This document shows, piece by piece, positions 47,959 to 57,607 of a stretch of 64,000 nucleotides of DNA. The translations under genes were made by a program, and so were the position numbers. The notes below the pieces were generated by a model that did not search any database, had not been told where the DNA came from, and saw only the letters and a list, made by a program, of their open reading frames with translations. The stretch is from Puniceicoccales bacterium (lineage in GTDB: Bacteria > Verrucomicrobiota > Verrucomicrobiia > Opitutales > LL51), in NCBI GenBank assembly GCA_031270475.1, contig JAISXO010000034.1, forward strand, positions 29,491-93,490. Direction: 5' to 3'. Numbering within the stretch: position 1 is the stretch's first letter; each line of letters opens with the position of its first letter.

Positions 47959-49224
47959 ACTGATTGCGGAACCTAAAAGAAGAATACGCGTCAAAATAAA
48001 ATATGAACCAAAACTCTTTTGAGAATAACTGAACGCCGATGGCGCAATGGCGGCAAAAAGAGAGACGATCAGTGCCACGCTAGACATGATGTGCCCAAGG
48101 TGTTTCCGGCCAAAAAGTTTGGGCCAAGGCGCCGCAGAGGCGATTCCGTAAAGCGACCAGTTAAATCCACACAAGCAAATAAAAGGCCATAATCCCCACG
48201 ATTGGCAAACGTTTTCTAAAAAAAACATCAGAGCCGCATTGGTCGAAAAAATTGCGAGTAAACAGCAGCGAATTGAAGATCGATCCTGAAGAATACTGAA
48301 TAGAACTCCCGCAATCGCGCTGACTACGGCGGCAAATGGAAAAATGTTCAGTGGATTGGCAGTGCAGGCGTGGGCCTCGCGAAAAATATCGACGATGTGA
48401 ATCTCTAAACCCGTTGAAGTAAAAGTCGACGTCGAAACCGCTAGAACAAAAATCCAAAAATCAAAGGTACCAAGTGCCTGACGCAACGTGTAGTCGCGCG
48501 CAACAATTGGATGATCACTGTTGTTTTTTAATCCATCTCGATTGCTGCCAACCGACTGAGGATTGTCGCGACATAGGGCCCAAATAAAAGGAAGCATTAC
48601 CAAAAGAATAATGAGGCCTTGCGCCATCCAAGCCGTGAGGTAGCCCAATTCTTCGATTAAACGGTGAATAATCTTCGGCGCACAACCAAAGGTAATGGAA
48701 ACAAAAATACCGGAAATGCCAATCATGGTGCAACTTCTTTTATCGTACCACTGGAGAAGCATCATGCGACTGGCGAGCGGGATGAGGTTTTGTCCGCATA
48801 GTTTTAGTAAAAAAAGTCCCGGGAAAAGTATGCAAGTAACGGCGACAAAGTGCGAGGTACAGCCTTCCACCGAGGCGATGGCAGAAGCGATGTGGCCCAT
48901 GAAAAGCAGTGTTAATCCCAGCATTAATGTGGCATAGGTAACGGCTCGACGAATTCCGATGCGGTCAAAAAGTGTGCCTAAAAGTGGCAGTAACAGGGCA
49001 CTGAGCAGGGTCGCGAAGAAAAAAATATTACTGAAATGATTGCGAGAAATGTGTAAATTTTGAATGAGTTCTTCCGTAAAGGGGCAAAGGCCGACGCTAT
49101 GGCCAGGAATACTAATCATTCGCGCGCAAAGAGAGGTAAAAAAGATGACCAAACCGTAAAAAAATGGTACACGCTTTGGAGCAAAGGGAAAATTTGGGGC
49201 AAAAATTTTCGATTTTTTCGACAT
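47905..49224 (-). CDS. MFS transporter
   Basis: 439 aa, ~12 predicted hydrophobic helices, and an MFS motif-A-like LGTLFDRIGIRR. Confidence 0.75.
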   Translation of the reverse strand: MSKKSKIFAPNFPFAPKRVPFFYGLVIFFTSLCARMISIPGHSVGLCPFTEELIQNLHISRNHFSNIFFFATLLSALLLPLLGTLFDRIGIRRAVTYATLMLGLTLLFMGHIASAIASVEGCTSHFVAVTCILFPGLFLLKLCGQNLIPLASRMMLLQWYDKRSCTMIGISGIFVSITFGCAPKIIHRLIEELGYLTAWMAQGLIILLVMLPFIWALCRDNPQSVGSNRDGLKNNSDHPIVARDYTLRQALGTFDFWIFVLAVSTSTFTSTGLEIHIVDIFREAHACTANPLNIFPFAAVVSAIAGVLFSILQDRSSIRCCLLAIFSTNAALMFFLENVCQSWGLWPFICLCGFNWSLYGIASAAPWPKLFGRKHLGHIMSSVALIVSLFAAIAPSAFSYSQKSFGSYFILTRILLLGSAISLLISIIHIKKRNATPLP

Positions 49225-49269
49225 ATGATTTTTCTGGTCCGTATCAATTCTAATGGTTTTGCAAGGATT

Positions 49270-50160
49270 TTATTCAAATTGGTGTTTAAATGTAGCCATT
49301 GCCAGGAGTTGAGGGGCAGGTAGATACTCGAGAATGATAGAGCGAACGGATTCGAGAAAATTTTTGTCGCGGTGGATGATAAAACAGCCGCTTCCGGAAC
49401 CCGTCAGGCAGGGGGTATGGCCGCGATTTTGCAATTCCGAAAACAGCGCCTTCATTTTTGGATAATGTTTCAAAACTAGGTCCTGGAAGGAATTATAGAC
49501 GAATTTTTTATATTCCGACGCGGCAAGTAGGCGTTGAATGGCCGTTTTCGCATCGGGGTAGAAGGTAGGATTTTGTCGGAATTGGTCGTAGGCCCATTGG
49601 GTCGAAATGGAAAAATCGGGACAGAAAAGGAGCACGGAATAGTTTGTTATATTTTGGCCAAAATCTATGGGGAGTGGCGATAAAATTTCTCCGCGACCGC
49701 TCGCCAATTGTGGTGAATTTTTAATAAAAAACGAACAGTCGGCACCAATTTTTTTAGCAAGAGAAGTCAAATATTCCTCCGAAAGAGGGAAATTATAAAA
49801 TTGGTTTAGGGCTTTCAGCGTACAGATTGCGTTGCTACTTCCGCCGCCAAATCCGCTCCCGATGGGAATTTTTTTCCCCACATCCACTCGGAGCGAAAAA
49901 TTACGAATTCCCGTTTGTTCGCAAAACAGTTCAACGGCCCGAATAATGGTATTATTTTTTTGAGGGAATTTTAGTGGAGAGTGTTGGAAAATTTCGAGAC
50001 CTTTGGGCGACGTATTTTTTTGCAGAGAAAATGTCATGGAATCGCCGAAATCGACGGGCAATAGGATGCTCGAAACAGCACAAAAGCCGTCCGAATGAAT
50101 CCCATTGATGGCGAAAAATAGATTAATTTTAGCATTCGACAGTACCGAAATCGATTCCAT
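49270..50160 (-). CDS. ispE: 4-diphosphocytidyl-2-C-methyl-D-erythritol kinase
   Basis: The internal ATG (50160) of ORF 49270..50265 gives MESISVLSNAKINLFFAING. GHMP motif PIGSGFGGGSSNA. Confidence 0.85.
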   Translation of the reverse strand: MESISVLSNAKINLFFAINGIHSDGFCAVSSILLPVDFGDSMTFSLQKNTSPKGLEIFQHSPLKFPQKNNTIIRAVELFCEQTGIRNFSLRVDVGKKIPIGSGFGGGSSNAICTLKALNQFYNFPLSEEYLTSLAKKIGADCSFFIKNSPQLASGRGEILSPLPIDFGQNITNYSVLLFCPDFSISTQWAYDQFRQNPTFYPDAKTAIQRLLAASEYKKFVYNSFQDLVLKHYPKMKALFSELQNRGHTPCLTGSGSGCFIIHRDKNFLESVRSIILEYLPAPQLLAMATFKHQFE

Positions 50161-50182
50161 ATTACGTGCGATATTGGTATTA

Positions 50183-51478
50183 ATGGTAGGATTTTGTACA
50201 TTTAAAAAAGGACTTATCGAGCAAATTTTATTGAAAAAGAATAAACCCATAGCCATTTTTGGCAACGGTACGAGTGGACATGGCCTTCAGAAATTGTTAA
50301 AAAAAATCGCATTCAAATATATTGTTTACGATGAAGATCCCGAAAAAGGGGAGGCATTTACGGAAAAAAATGTAAAAAATCACGAAATAATCATTTGTAG
50401 TCCCAGTTTTTTACCGGATCATCCATGGGTTACCTTGGCCCGCCAGAGTCAGCTGTGGTGCCTATCGGAGCTGGATTTCGCGAGTTTATGGTGCGATGCG
50501 TCGATTGTAGCCATTACGGGAACGAACGGGAAGACAACAATTACAACTTTTTTATCGGAAGTATTCAATTGCGCTGGATTTCGAGTGTTCTGTGCGGGGA
50601 ACATTGGCCGATCATTGGCGGATTTGGTCGCCGCGGAAGCGCTCGCCGCGGACGATCTCATTTTTTGTGAAACGAGTTCTTTTCAGGCAGCGAGCTCACA
50701 ATTCATCCGTTTTTCCCATCTAATTTGGTCCAATTTTGCTCCGAATCATCTGAATATGCATAAAACAACTTGTAAATATTTTTCAGCGAAATACAATTTA
50801 TTGACTCGTTTAGATGAATTTTCACAGATCTTTTTGGGGCAGAGCGTGATTCAATGGGCACGTAAATTTCGAGTTAAAATTCCCGGTAAAGCATCGATCG
50901 TTGCAGCCGAATGCGACGCCACGGGAACGGCCTTTGAAGACTATCCGCAGCGGGAAAATTTCGCGCTCATTGGAAAGTTTTGTTCCTCCTATAATATTCC
51001 TTCGGAGACGGTTTTAGCGGTGGGCAAAAGTTTTCAAAAACCCAAATACCGCCTCGAAAATATGGGTATAATCAAAGGAAATACCTACTGGAATGATTCA
51101 AAATGTACCAACTTCGCGGCCCTCGATGGTGCTCTGAAAAATTTTCCGTGGGAAAAGGTAATTTGGATCGGCGGTGGCCAGTCGAAGGGCGAAAAATTGA
51201 CAGATATTATATCTATTTTGAAAGGGAAAATCGAAATCGCGCTGCTGATCGGTGAAACGGGCATTCCGCTTCTCAATTTGTTGCAAAAACATAAAATAAA
51301 TGCTATTTATGTGGAAAATATCGAAAACGCAATAAAATGGATAAAAAATGCTTGCTTTTTTGAAAAAAATATCGTATTCAGTCCGGCGTTTTCAAGCTTT
51401 GACCAATTTTTAAATTACGTTGAGCGTGGAAAATTTTTTGAAAAATGTATTTTCGATTTGAAATTTCTACATCGTTGA
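50183..51478 (+). CDS. murD: UDP-N-acetylmuramoylalanine--D-glutamate ligase
   Basis: IAIFGNGTSGHG Rossmann-like N-terminus and ITGTNGKTT Mur-ligase P-loop, upstream of ftsW. Start is uncertain: ORF-track 50105, ATG 50183 or TTG 50231. Confidence 0.75.
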   Translation: MVGFCTFKKGLIEQILLKKNKPIAIFGNGTSGHGLQKLLKKIAFKYIVYDEDPEKGEAFTEKNVKNHEIIICSPSFLPDHPWVTLARQSQLWCLSELDFASLWCDASIVAITGTNGKTTITTFLSEVFNCAGFRVFCAGNIGRSLADLVAAEALAADDLIFCETSSFQAASSQFIRFSHLIWSNFAPNHLNMHKTTCKYFSAKYNLLTRLDEFSQIFLGQSVIQWARKFRVKIPGKASIVAAECDATGTAFEDYPQRENFALIGKFCSSYNIPSETVLAVGKSFQKPKYRLENMGIIKGNTYWNDSKCTNFAALDGALKNFPWEKVIWIGGGQSKGEKLTDIISILKGKIEIALLIGETGIPLLNLLQKHKINAIYVENIENAIKWIKNACFFEKNIVFSPAFSSFDQFLNYVERGKFFEKCIFDLKFLHR

Positions 51479-51545
51479 ACATGCTCTCACTGTAGGTGAT
51501 AGAGTTTATATCGATGCATAGGGGGAATAGGGCGTGAGGAATGTT

Positions 51546-52499
51546 ATGAAAAGAGTTTTAGCAAGTATGGCGAAAAAGGGATTGTTGCTGGCTGTTTTGG
51601 GCCTGGCTGGCTGTGTGACTCCATTCGGGAGTAGGACCGTTCGAGAACCGTCTCCCGAAGATACGATTATTATTCACAAGGAACTGCCGCAGCCGGTTGC
51701 AGCGTCCGTTCAGCGCGTCGTTGCAGCGCCGCGACGGCCAGAGCCAGAACCGGAAGAAGTCCTCATCGTGGCTCAGGAAATGGTTGCGCTTCCCACATCA
51801 AAGCCTGTCGGCGCAGAATACACGGTGCGCAAAGGAGATTGTTTGATCTGGATTACTAAAAAATTTCAAATTTCATTGAAAGATCTTTTGGATGCCAATG
51901 GGTTGGACCGGAGTGCGAAGTTATCTATTGGTCAAAAACTTGTATTGCCGGGCGTTACGCAGGATCGGGTTGATGCCATGAATTCGGCGCCTTCTGAATA
52001 TATTGTGAAAAAAGGAGACTGTTTATCTCTCATCGCCCATAAATATGGGGTGAGTGTCCGCGAGCTTCGTTTGGCCAATAATTTGCAAAGTGACCGCATT
52101 ATTGCTGGAAAGAAGCTCATTATTCCCGAGTGCGGACGCTATGCGGGTCGCGGAATAAAAGAAAATGATAAATCAAAGGTAGCAAAGGAAAAGAAAATTT
52201 TTGAGGTCGATGGAGATGGCTATTATACGATTCGCAAGGGCGATTCTCTCTCGACCATTGCTTCCCGGGCAAAGGTAAGTATCCGCGATTTGCAAAATTG
52301 GAATAATATTTCTGACCCCGCTAGAATAAGAGTCGGCGAAAGAATTCTTGTGAAGAATAAGACCGTTATACCAGAAAATATGATTAAAAAGGAGCCGACC
52401 ATTTTACCATCGGCCTATTCGACGCCTCAACCGATCATGCGCGAAACTGATTTTTTTGGAGTGATCGATGAAATTCCTGTGGTGCAAGTTCAGGATTAA
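51546..52499 (+). CDS. LysM-repeat lipoprotein
   Basis: ATG 51546 is preceded by GAGGA. LLAVLGLAGC lipobox. Four LysM-like repeats (YTVRKGDCLIWITKKF..., YIVKKGDCLSLIAHKY..., YTIRKGDSLSTIASRA...). Confidence 0.8.
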   Translation: MKRVLASMAKKGLLLAVLGLAGCVTPFGSRTVREPSPEDTIIIHKELPQPVAASVQRVVAAPRRPEPEPEEVLIVAQEMVALPTSKPVGAEYTVRKGDCLIWITKKFQISLKDLLDANGLDRSAKLSIGQKLVLPGVTQDRVDAMNSAPSEYIVKKGDCLSLIAHKYGVSVRELRLANNLQSDRIIAGKKLIIPECGRYAGRGIKENDKSKVAKEKKIFEVDGDGYYTIRKGDSLSTIASRAKVSIRDLQNWNNISDPARIRVGERILVKNKTVIPENMIKKEPTILPSAYSTPQPIMRETDFFGVIDEIPVVQVQD

Positions 52500-53617
52500 T
52501 GGAAGCTAAAGGACGGGTTTTTTATTTATTGTTACCGATTTTTTTCCTCAACGGCGTGGGATTGTTAGCCCTGTCGAGTGCGAGTTTAATGTTTGTCAAT
52601 GGGGTTTATTTGAAAAAACAAATTTTTTCGGTGGTATTAGCGTTAATAACTTGTGCTTTTTTTGTCAAAGTACCGCTGCTATGGCTCTTTAAACATCGAA
52701 ATACCTTGCTAATGTTGGCCTTTGTTGGCGTATTTCTCGTGCTTATTCCCGGAATTGGCCATGTAACCAATGGTGCCCGCCGTTGGATCCATATTTCCGG
52801 TTTCAGCATCCAGTTGTCAGAATTTGCTAAAATCGCACTTATTATTTGGTTGGCGGGCTATGTTTGTGAAAATGATAGCTATTGTATTAATTTTTTTAAG
52901 GGATTTTTGAAGCCAGTTGCAATTTGTGGCGGTTTAGCTTTTTTGGTTTTATGCGAACCGGATTATGGAACAGCGTTTTTGATGATGAGTATCGTTCTCA
53001 CCATCCTTTTTTTATTCGGAACTTCCCTGCGCCATCTGCTATTTTTTCTGGTGACGGGAGGAATTTCGTTCGGAATATTGATTCTACTCAGTCCTGTGCG
53101 TTTGCGGCGCATTACCTCTTTTTTTGACGTGGAAGAACATCGCTTTGATGCGACTTACCAGCTCTGGCAAGGAATTTTGTGCTTTGCTTCGGGCGGACTC
53201 TGGGGAAATGGTATCGGACTCGGTCGGCAAAAATTAGCCTACCTGCCAGAAGCCCATACCGATTTTATCTTCCCTATCATCGGCGAAGAACTCGGAGGTG
53301 TATTCGCTATCGCTGTTATTATGTTTTTTTTACTTTTTGTTTCCGTCGCATCGATCGCGCTTTGGCAAAAAAAAGATGCCTTTGTTCGAGCGCTTGGATT
53401 GGGCGCAGTACTGATTATTGCGTTTCAAGTCATTATTAATATCGCTGTTGTGACGGGATGCTTCCCGACAAAGGGAATTGCTCTGCCGTTTATTAGCTAT
53501 GGAGGATCGAATTTGGTGGCTATGTACGCGCTGGTCGGTCTCATTATCAATTGTTTGCGGTCGAACGGTCTTTGCAATGGGACGAAATCTATGCGTCCAG
53601 TGGGATGGTTAAAGTAA
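52499..53617 (+). CDS. ftsW: SEDS-family peptidoglycan glycosyltransferase (FtsW/RodA)
   Basis: 372 aa, 10 TM-like segments, and PEAHTDFIF, GLGRQK, LPFISYGGS motifs. The murD context favours FtsW. Confidence 0.8.
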   Translation: MEAKGRVFYLLLPIFFLNGVGLLALSSASLMFVNGVYLKKQIFSVVLALITCAFFVKVPLLWLFKHRNTLLMLAFVGVFLVLIPGIGHVTNGARRWIHISGFSIQLSEFAKIALIIWLAGYVCENDSYCINFFKGFLKPVAICGGLAFLVLCEPDYGTAFLMMSIVLTILFLFGTSLRHLLFFLVTGGISFGILILLSPVRLRRITSFFDVEEHRFDATYQLWQGILCFASGGLWGNGIGLGRQKLAYLPEAHTDFIFPIIGEELGGVFAIAVIMFFLLFVSVASIALWQKKDAFVRALGLGAVLIIAFQVIINIAVVTGCFPTKGIALPFISYGGSNLVAMYALVGLIINCLRSNGLCNGTKSMRPVGWLK

Positions 53618-53618
53618 T

Positions 53619-53739
53619 CCCCCCGGCCCCCCTTTCGGGGGGCCGGGGACTGGGGCAAAAGCCCAAGGCGTCGAAGACGCCTTAGGAAGATGGGGCGAAG
53701 CCCCATCTTCTGCGCGCTTCGCGCGCGGGCTTTTGCCCT
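53619..53739 (-). repeat. cloverleaf element, copy C4 (inverted inner order) with an extra leading hairpin
   Basis: Leading hairpin CCCCGGCCCCCC-tttc-GGGGGGCCGGGG. Outer stem GGGGCAAAAGCCC / GGGCTTTTGCCC encloses AAGGCGTC-gaa-GACGCCTT, GAAGATGGGGC-gaa-GCCCCATCTTC and GCGCGC-ttc-GCGCGC. Lies between convergent ftsW and recD2. Confidence 0.85.
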
Positions 53740-53744
53740 AAAAA

Positions 53745-55928
53745 TCACAAAGCGTCAACTATCGATGAAAAAATTTTCCCAAAATAGTGAGCAAGTCCGG
53801 TGGTACGCGTGATACTTTTTTTATTACTGACGGCGAGGTTATAGGCTTTAGGGTCGCCCACGATGAAGACTTTATTACGTCCGCGGGTGATGGCGGTATA
53901 GAGCAAATTTCGTTGAAGCATGACGTAATGTTGTGTAAGGAGGGGGATTACGACGATGGGAAATTCGCTACCTTGTGATTTATGGATACTGATGGCATAG
54001 GCGAGGGCGATATCGCCGAGGTCTGATCGGCTTAGTTCCACCGATTCGCTATTAAATTTGACGGAGATTGTTCCTGAATTAGGATCGAAGTGGTAAATTA
54101 TTCCGAGGTCGCCATTGAAGATATTTTTTTCGTAATCGTTGCGCAATTGGATGACCTTATCGCCGAGGCGGAGATGAGACCATGGGATTTGTTTAACGGG
54201 GCTAGTCAAGGCTTGTTGGAGTTTTTCGTTAAGGGCGTCGATGCCGGCGTTACCCCGATGGAGGGGGGCGAGGACTTGGATATCGTTAATTGGGTCAATT
54301 TTATAGAGTTTTGGCAAAAGAACGGTACAGAGTTGTTGAATAGTTTGGGTACATTCTTCGGGGGAATTGGTAACGATGAAATGGAAGTCATGTTTAGGCG
54401 AGATATGGTCGAGGTCGGTCATTTCGGGGGGGGGCTTTGCATTGCCGGCGATAATGGTATGGGCGAGCTGGACGATTTCGCTATGCTGACCTTGGCGAAA
54501 AATTTGTTTCAGATAAGTTACGGAGAAGCGTTGGGAGGCGATGAAATCTGCCAAAACATTACCGGCGCCGACGGAGGGCAACTGGTCGATATCGCCGACG
54601 AGGAGAAGGTGAGCGCGATTGGGGATAGCATTAAGGAGGGAGACGGCGAGGCGAGTATCGATCATACTGGCCTCATCGACGATAATAAAATCGGTTGGGA
54701 GCTGATTTTCTTGATTAAAGTAAAACTGGCCTGTTTTTGGATTAAATTGTAGAAATCGGTGGATTGTTTTAGCTTCCACGCCCACCATTTCCGTTAATTT
54801 TTGTGCAGCCCGACCCGTTGGAGCAGCGAGACCAATTTTTATATTTTTAGCGGATAATATGGCGACGAGGGAGCGTAGAATGGTTGTTTTTCCGGTACCT
54901 GGGCCACCGGTGATGATGGATAATTTTTCCGTTAATGCGTAGCGAAGGGCGGCGATTTGTTCATCGGCGAATGTAAAGCCTTCGCGTTTTTGGGCCCAAA
55001 TGATAGCATTGTCGCAGTGGATGGGTGGCAGTTCGGACTGTGCCGTATAGAGGCGATGGACCTGTTTGACCAGGGTTGCTTCGAGGCTACTCATCGGACT
55101 TGTTTGGAGCAAATCGTCGGCGATGACGTTAATCTTTTGAAATTTGATCAGTGTTTCGAGGCGATCGGCAATTTTTTCTTGGCCGATTTCGAGTAATTGT
55201 TGAGTGGAAGAAAGGAATTCTTCCCGGGCGCAAGCCGTATGACCGGAAAGTTCGCGGTTGGAAAATGTAAATAAAATCCCCGCATCGATTCTTGCGATAT
55301 GATTGCTTGGAATGCCCATATTTTTGGCAATTTTATCGGCCGTTTTAAATCCGATTCCATCGATTTCCCGAGCAACGCGGTAGGGATCGGATTGGAGAAT
55401 TTGTTTTGCCTCTTGGCCGTAGACCTTATGTAAACGTAGGCATAGGGCGTTTGAAATGTTGTAGCTTTGTAAAAAAATAAGCATATCGCGCAGGGCATAC
55501 TGCTCATCCCAGGCGGCCTTAATACTTCGAGCGCGTCCGATACCAATTCCTGGAACTTCCCGCAAACGGGCAGATTCGGTGGAGATGACATCGAAGGTAT
55601 CGGCGCCAAAATAGTCGACAATTTTATCGGCATACACCTTTCCGATGCCGTGAATAAGTCCGCTACCGAGGTACCGACGAATGCCATTGACGTCCGTCGG
55701 CAGGGTCGACGAAAAGGATTCGACAATAAATTGACGGCCAAATTTTGGGTGTTGCGTCCAGTTGCCCGTGAGGAGGAGCGTTTCGCCGCAGTTGACGCCG
55801 GGGACCTTACCGCACGCTGTAAAGGTTTGCCGTGTGTTGTTTTCTTCGTGCATTTCCATGATGGAAAAAAACGTTTCCTCATTGCGAAAAATGATGCGTT
55901 CCAAAATACCTTTTACACTTTCAGCCAA
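53745..55928 (-). CDS. recD2: RecD2-type ATP-dependent DNA helicase (RecD/TraA family)
   Basis: GGPGTGKTT Walker A, IIVDEASMI Walker B and a C-terminal SH3-like/2B region. The TTG at 55928 is preceded by AAGGAGG and gives MAESVKGILERIIFRNEE. ORF-track start 56051 would translate the conserved promoter module. Confidence 0.85.
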   Translation of the reverse strand: MAESVKGILERIIFRNEETFFSIMEMHEENNTRQTFTACGKVPGVNCGETLLLTGNWTQHPKFGRQFIVESFSSTLPTDVNGIRRYLGSGLIHGIGKVYADKIVDYFGADTFDVISTESARLREVPGIGIGRARSIKAAWDEQYALRDMLIFLQSYNISNALCLRLHKVYGQEAKQILQSDPYRVAREIDGIGFKTADKIAKNMGIPSNHIARIDAGILFTFSNRELSGHTACAREEFLSSTQQLLEIGQEKIADRLETLIKFQKINVIADDLLQTSPMSSLEATLVKQVHRLYTAQSELPPIHCDNAIIWAQKREGFTFADEQIAALRYALTEKLSIITGGPGTGKTTILRSLVAILSAKNIKIGLAAPTGRAAQKLTEMVGVEAKTIHRFLQFNPKTGQFYFNQENQLPTDFIIVDEASMIDTRLAVSLLNAIPNRAHLLLVGDIDQLPSVGAGNVLADFIASQRFSVTYLKQIFRQGQHSEIVQLAHTIIAGNAKPPPEMTDLDHISPKHDFHFIVTNSPEECTQTIQQLCTVLLPKLYKIDPINDIQVLAPLHRGNAGIDALNEKLQQALTSPVKQIPWSHLRLGDKVIQLRNDYEKNIFNGDLGIIYHFDPNSGTISVKFNSESVELSRSDLGDIALAYAISIHKSQGSEFPIVVIPLLTQHYVMLQRNLLYTAITRGRNKVFIVGDPKAYNLAVSNKKSITRTTGLAHYFGKIFSSIVDAL

Positions 55929-56007
55929 AGATTCCTCCTTTACCCATATTGGGAAGTTTTGAAGAAATTCAAGTTTTTGAAAAAACTTATTGGCGAAGGG
56001 ATTTTTT

Positions 56008-56067
56008 ACATGCCGCTTGCTCCCACCCTCTACTCTCCAGCCTTGCCGCACTTTTTATTGTTGTCAA
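56008..56067 (-). promoter_or_regulatory. promoter-like module with conserved motif (faces recD2)
   Basis: The minus strand reads aaaaaaaCTTGACA (56067-56062), 17 nt, AAGGCT, 5 nt, GTAGAGGGTGGGAGCAAGCGGCATGTAAAAAA. Confidence 0.55.
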
Positions 56068-56096
56068 GTTTTTTTAATATTTTTTTAAGTGATGAC

Positions 56097-56179
56097 GGTG
56101 CTCGAGGAGGGACTCGAACCCTCATGCCTTGCGGCACCAGATCCTAAGTCTGGCGTGTCTACCATTCCACCACCCGAGC
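56097..56179 (-). tRNA. tRNA-Leu (anticodon UAG)
   Basis: The reverse complement folds as a cloverleaf: acceptor GCTCGGG/CTCGAGC, anticodon stem CCAGA/TCTGG with loop CTTAGGA, long variable arm TGCC-gcaa-GGCA, and T arm GAGGG-TTCGAGT-CCCTC. CC of CCA is encoded. Confidence 0.9.
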
Positions 56180-56411
56180 TTATTTTCGCAGTGTAGGAGC
56201 GCTTTCATCGATGTCGACCAAATTTTTTGAAAAATCGGCCAATGGCATCACATTTTATAATTCGAAATTAAAGGTCAACTTTTTTGGGAAAATTTCTTTC
56301 ATTTATAAATAATATTTCACTTTTCCATAAGAAAAACTTCTACTTATGATTTTTTCATTTTATTTCTTGAATTGGGTATTGTTTTTTTTATATAATAGGG
56401 GAGCAAAAATT

Positions 56412-57311
56412 ATGGAGATGTTAATCATTTTAGTAGTAGGGCTTGGTATTTTACTATTTTCGAGTATATTTACCGTTGAGCAACAAACCTGTGCCATCAT
56501 TGAGCGTTTTGGAAAATTTCATCGCATTGCCGGGCCGGGACTGAGTATTCTCATTCCGATTATCGATCAAATTCGGCTCCGTTTATCGCTAAAAATTTGC
56601 CAGCTCGATGTAAGTATTGAGACTAAGACCCAGGACAATGTATTTATCAATCTGATGGTCTCGGTACAATATCGCATTTTACCGACAAAAATTTACGAAG
56701 CGTTTTACATGTTACAGAATCCGACGAAGCAGATTGAGGCATTTGTTTTCGATGTTGTTCGGGCGCAAGTTCCGAAGATTTTGCTTGACGATGTTTTTGA
56801 GAAGAAGGACGACATTGCGAATGCGGTCAAGTCGGAATTGTCCGATGTGATGGCGGAGTTTGGCTATGAAATCGTCAAAGCTCTTGTGACGGACATTTCG
56901 CCGGCAAACAATGTCAAAGCGGCGATGAATGAGATTAATGCGGCGCAGCGGGTACGAGTTGCGGCTACGGAGAAGGGTGAGGCGGAAAAGATACTCAAGG
57001 TGAAGCAGGCGGAGGCGGAGGCGGAGGCGAGTATTTTGCATGGAAAGGGTCTTGCGGGGCAGCGGCACGCGATTGTTTCGGGCTTGAAGGATTCTGTCGA
57101 AGAGTTTGTGCGCCAAGTTCCTGGACTTTCGCAGAAGGATGTCATGGAGATGGTCCTTTTGATTCAGTACATTGACACGCTGAAGGAGATTGCCGGTTCG
57201 TCGAAGTCGAATGTCATTTTTGTTCCCAATTCTCCCGGAAATGTTGCTGATTTAGCCAATCAGTTCCGCGAATCGATTATCATTGGCCAGCAGATGAGTA
57301 AAATGGAATGA
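56412..57311 (+). CDS. SPFH/band-7 (stomatin/prohibitin-like) membrane protein
   Basis: ATG 56412 gives MEMLIILVVGLGILLF as TM anchor. Then TVEQQTCAIIERFGKF...GPGL and a coiled EAEAEA region typical of the SPFH domain. Confidence 0.85.
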   Translation: MEMLIILVVGLGILLFSSIFTVEQQTCAIIERFGKFHRIAGPGLSILIPIIDQIRLRLSLKICQLDVSIETKTQDNVFINLMVSVQYRILPTKIYEAFYMLQNPTKQIEAFVFDVVRAQVPKILLDDVFEKKDDIANAVKSELSDVMAEFGYEIVKALVTDISPANNVKAAMNEINAAQRVRVAATEKGEAEKILKVKQAEAEAEASILHGKGLAGQRHAIVSGLKDSVEEFVRQVPGLSQKDVMEMVLLIQYIDTLKEIAGSSKSNVIFVPNSPGNVADLANQFRESIIIGQQMSKME

Positions 57312-57504
57312 GAAAAATTTATAAATTTCCCGAAAAAACCATCCATCCAAAGGGAGGGTCCGAGAGGCTCTCCCAATTTTTGTTTGTACTAAATTATTTT
57401 GAAATTTTATTATTTTTTTAAGATATTCTCGCTGATTTATTTCAATTTCCTCCGGTACTGGAAACTTAAATGACAAGGCTACCATTAATATTTAAAAAAA
57501 CAAC

Positions 57505-57564
57505 TTGACAGGTATTGAAATTCTTCCAAGTTTGAAGGGTAGAGGGTAGGAGCAAGCGGCATGT
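57505..57564 (+). promoter_or_regulatory. promoter-like module with conserved motif, orphan copy
   Basis: aaaaaaacaaCTTGACA (57505-57510), 17 nt, AAGTTT, 5 nt, GTAGAGGGTAGGAGCAAGCGGCATGTGAAAAA. The next gene (mnmE) is convergent. Confidence 0.5.
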
Positions 57565-57607
57565 GAAAAATAGAGCGTAAATTTTTTAGAATTAATTAAT
57601 AGTTTAC

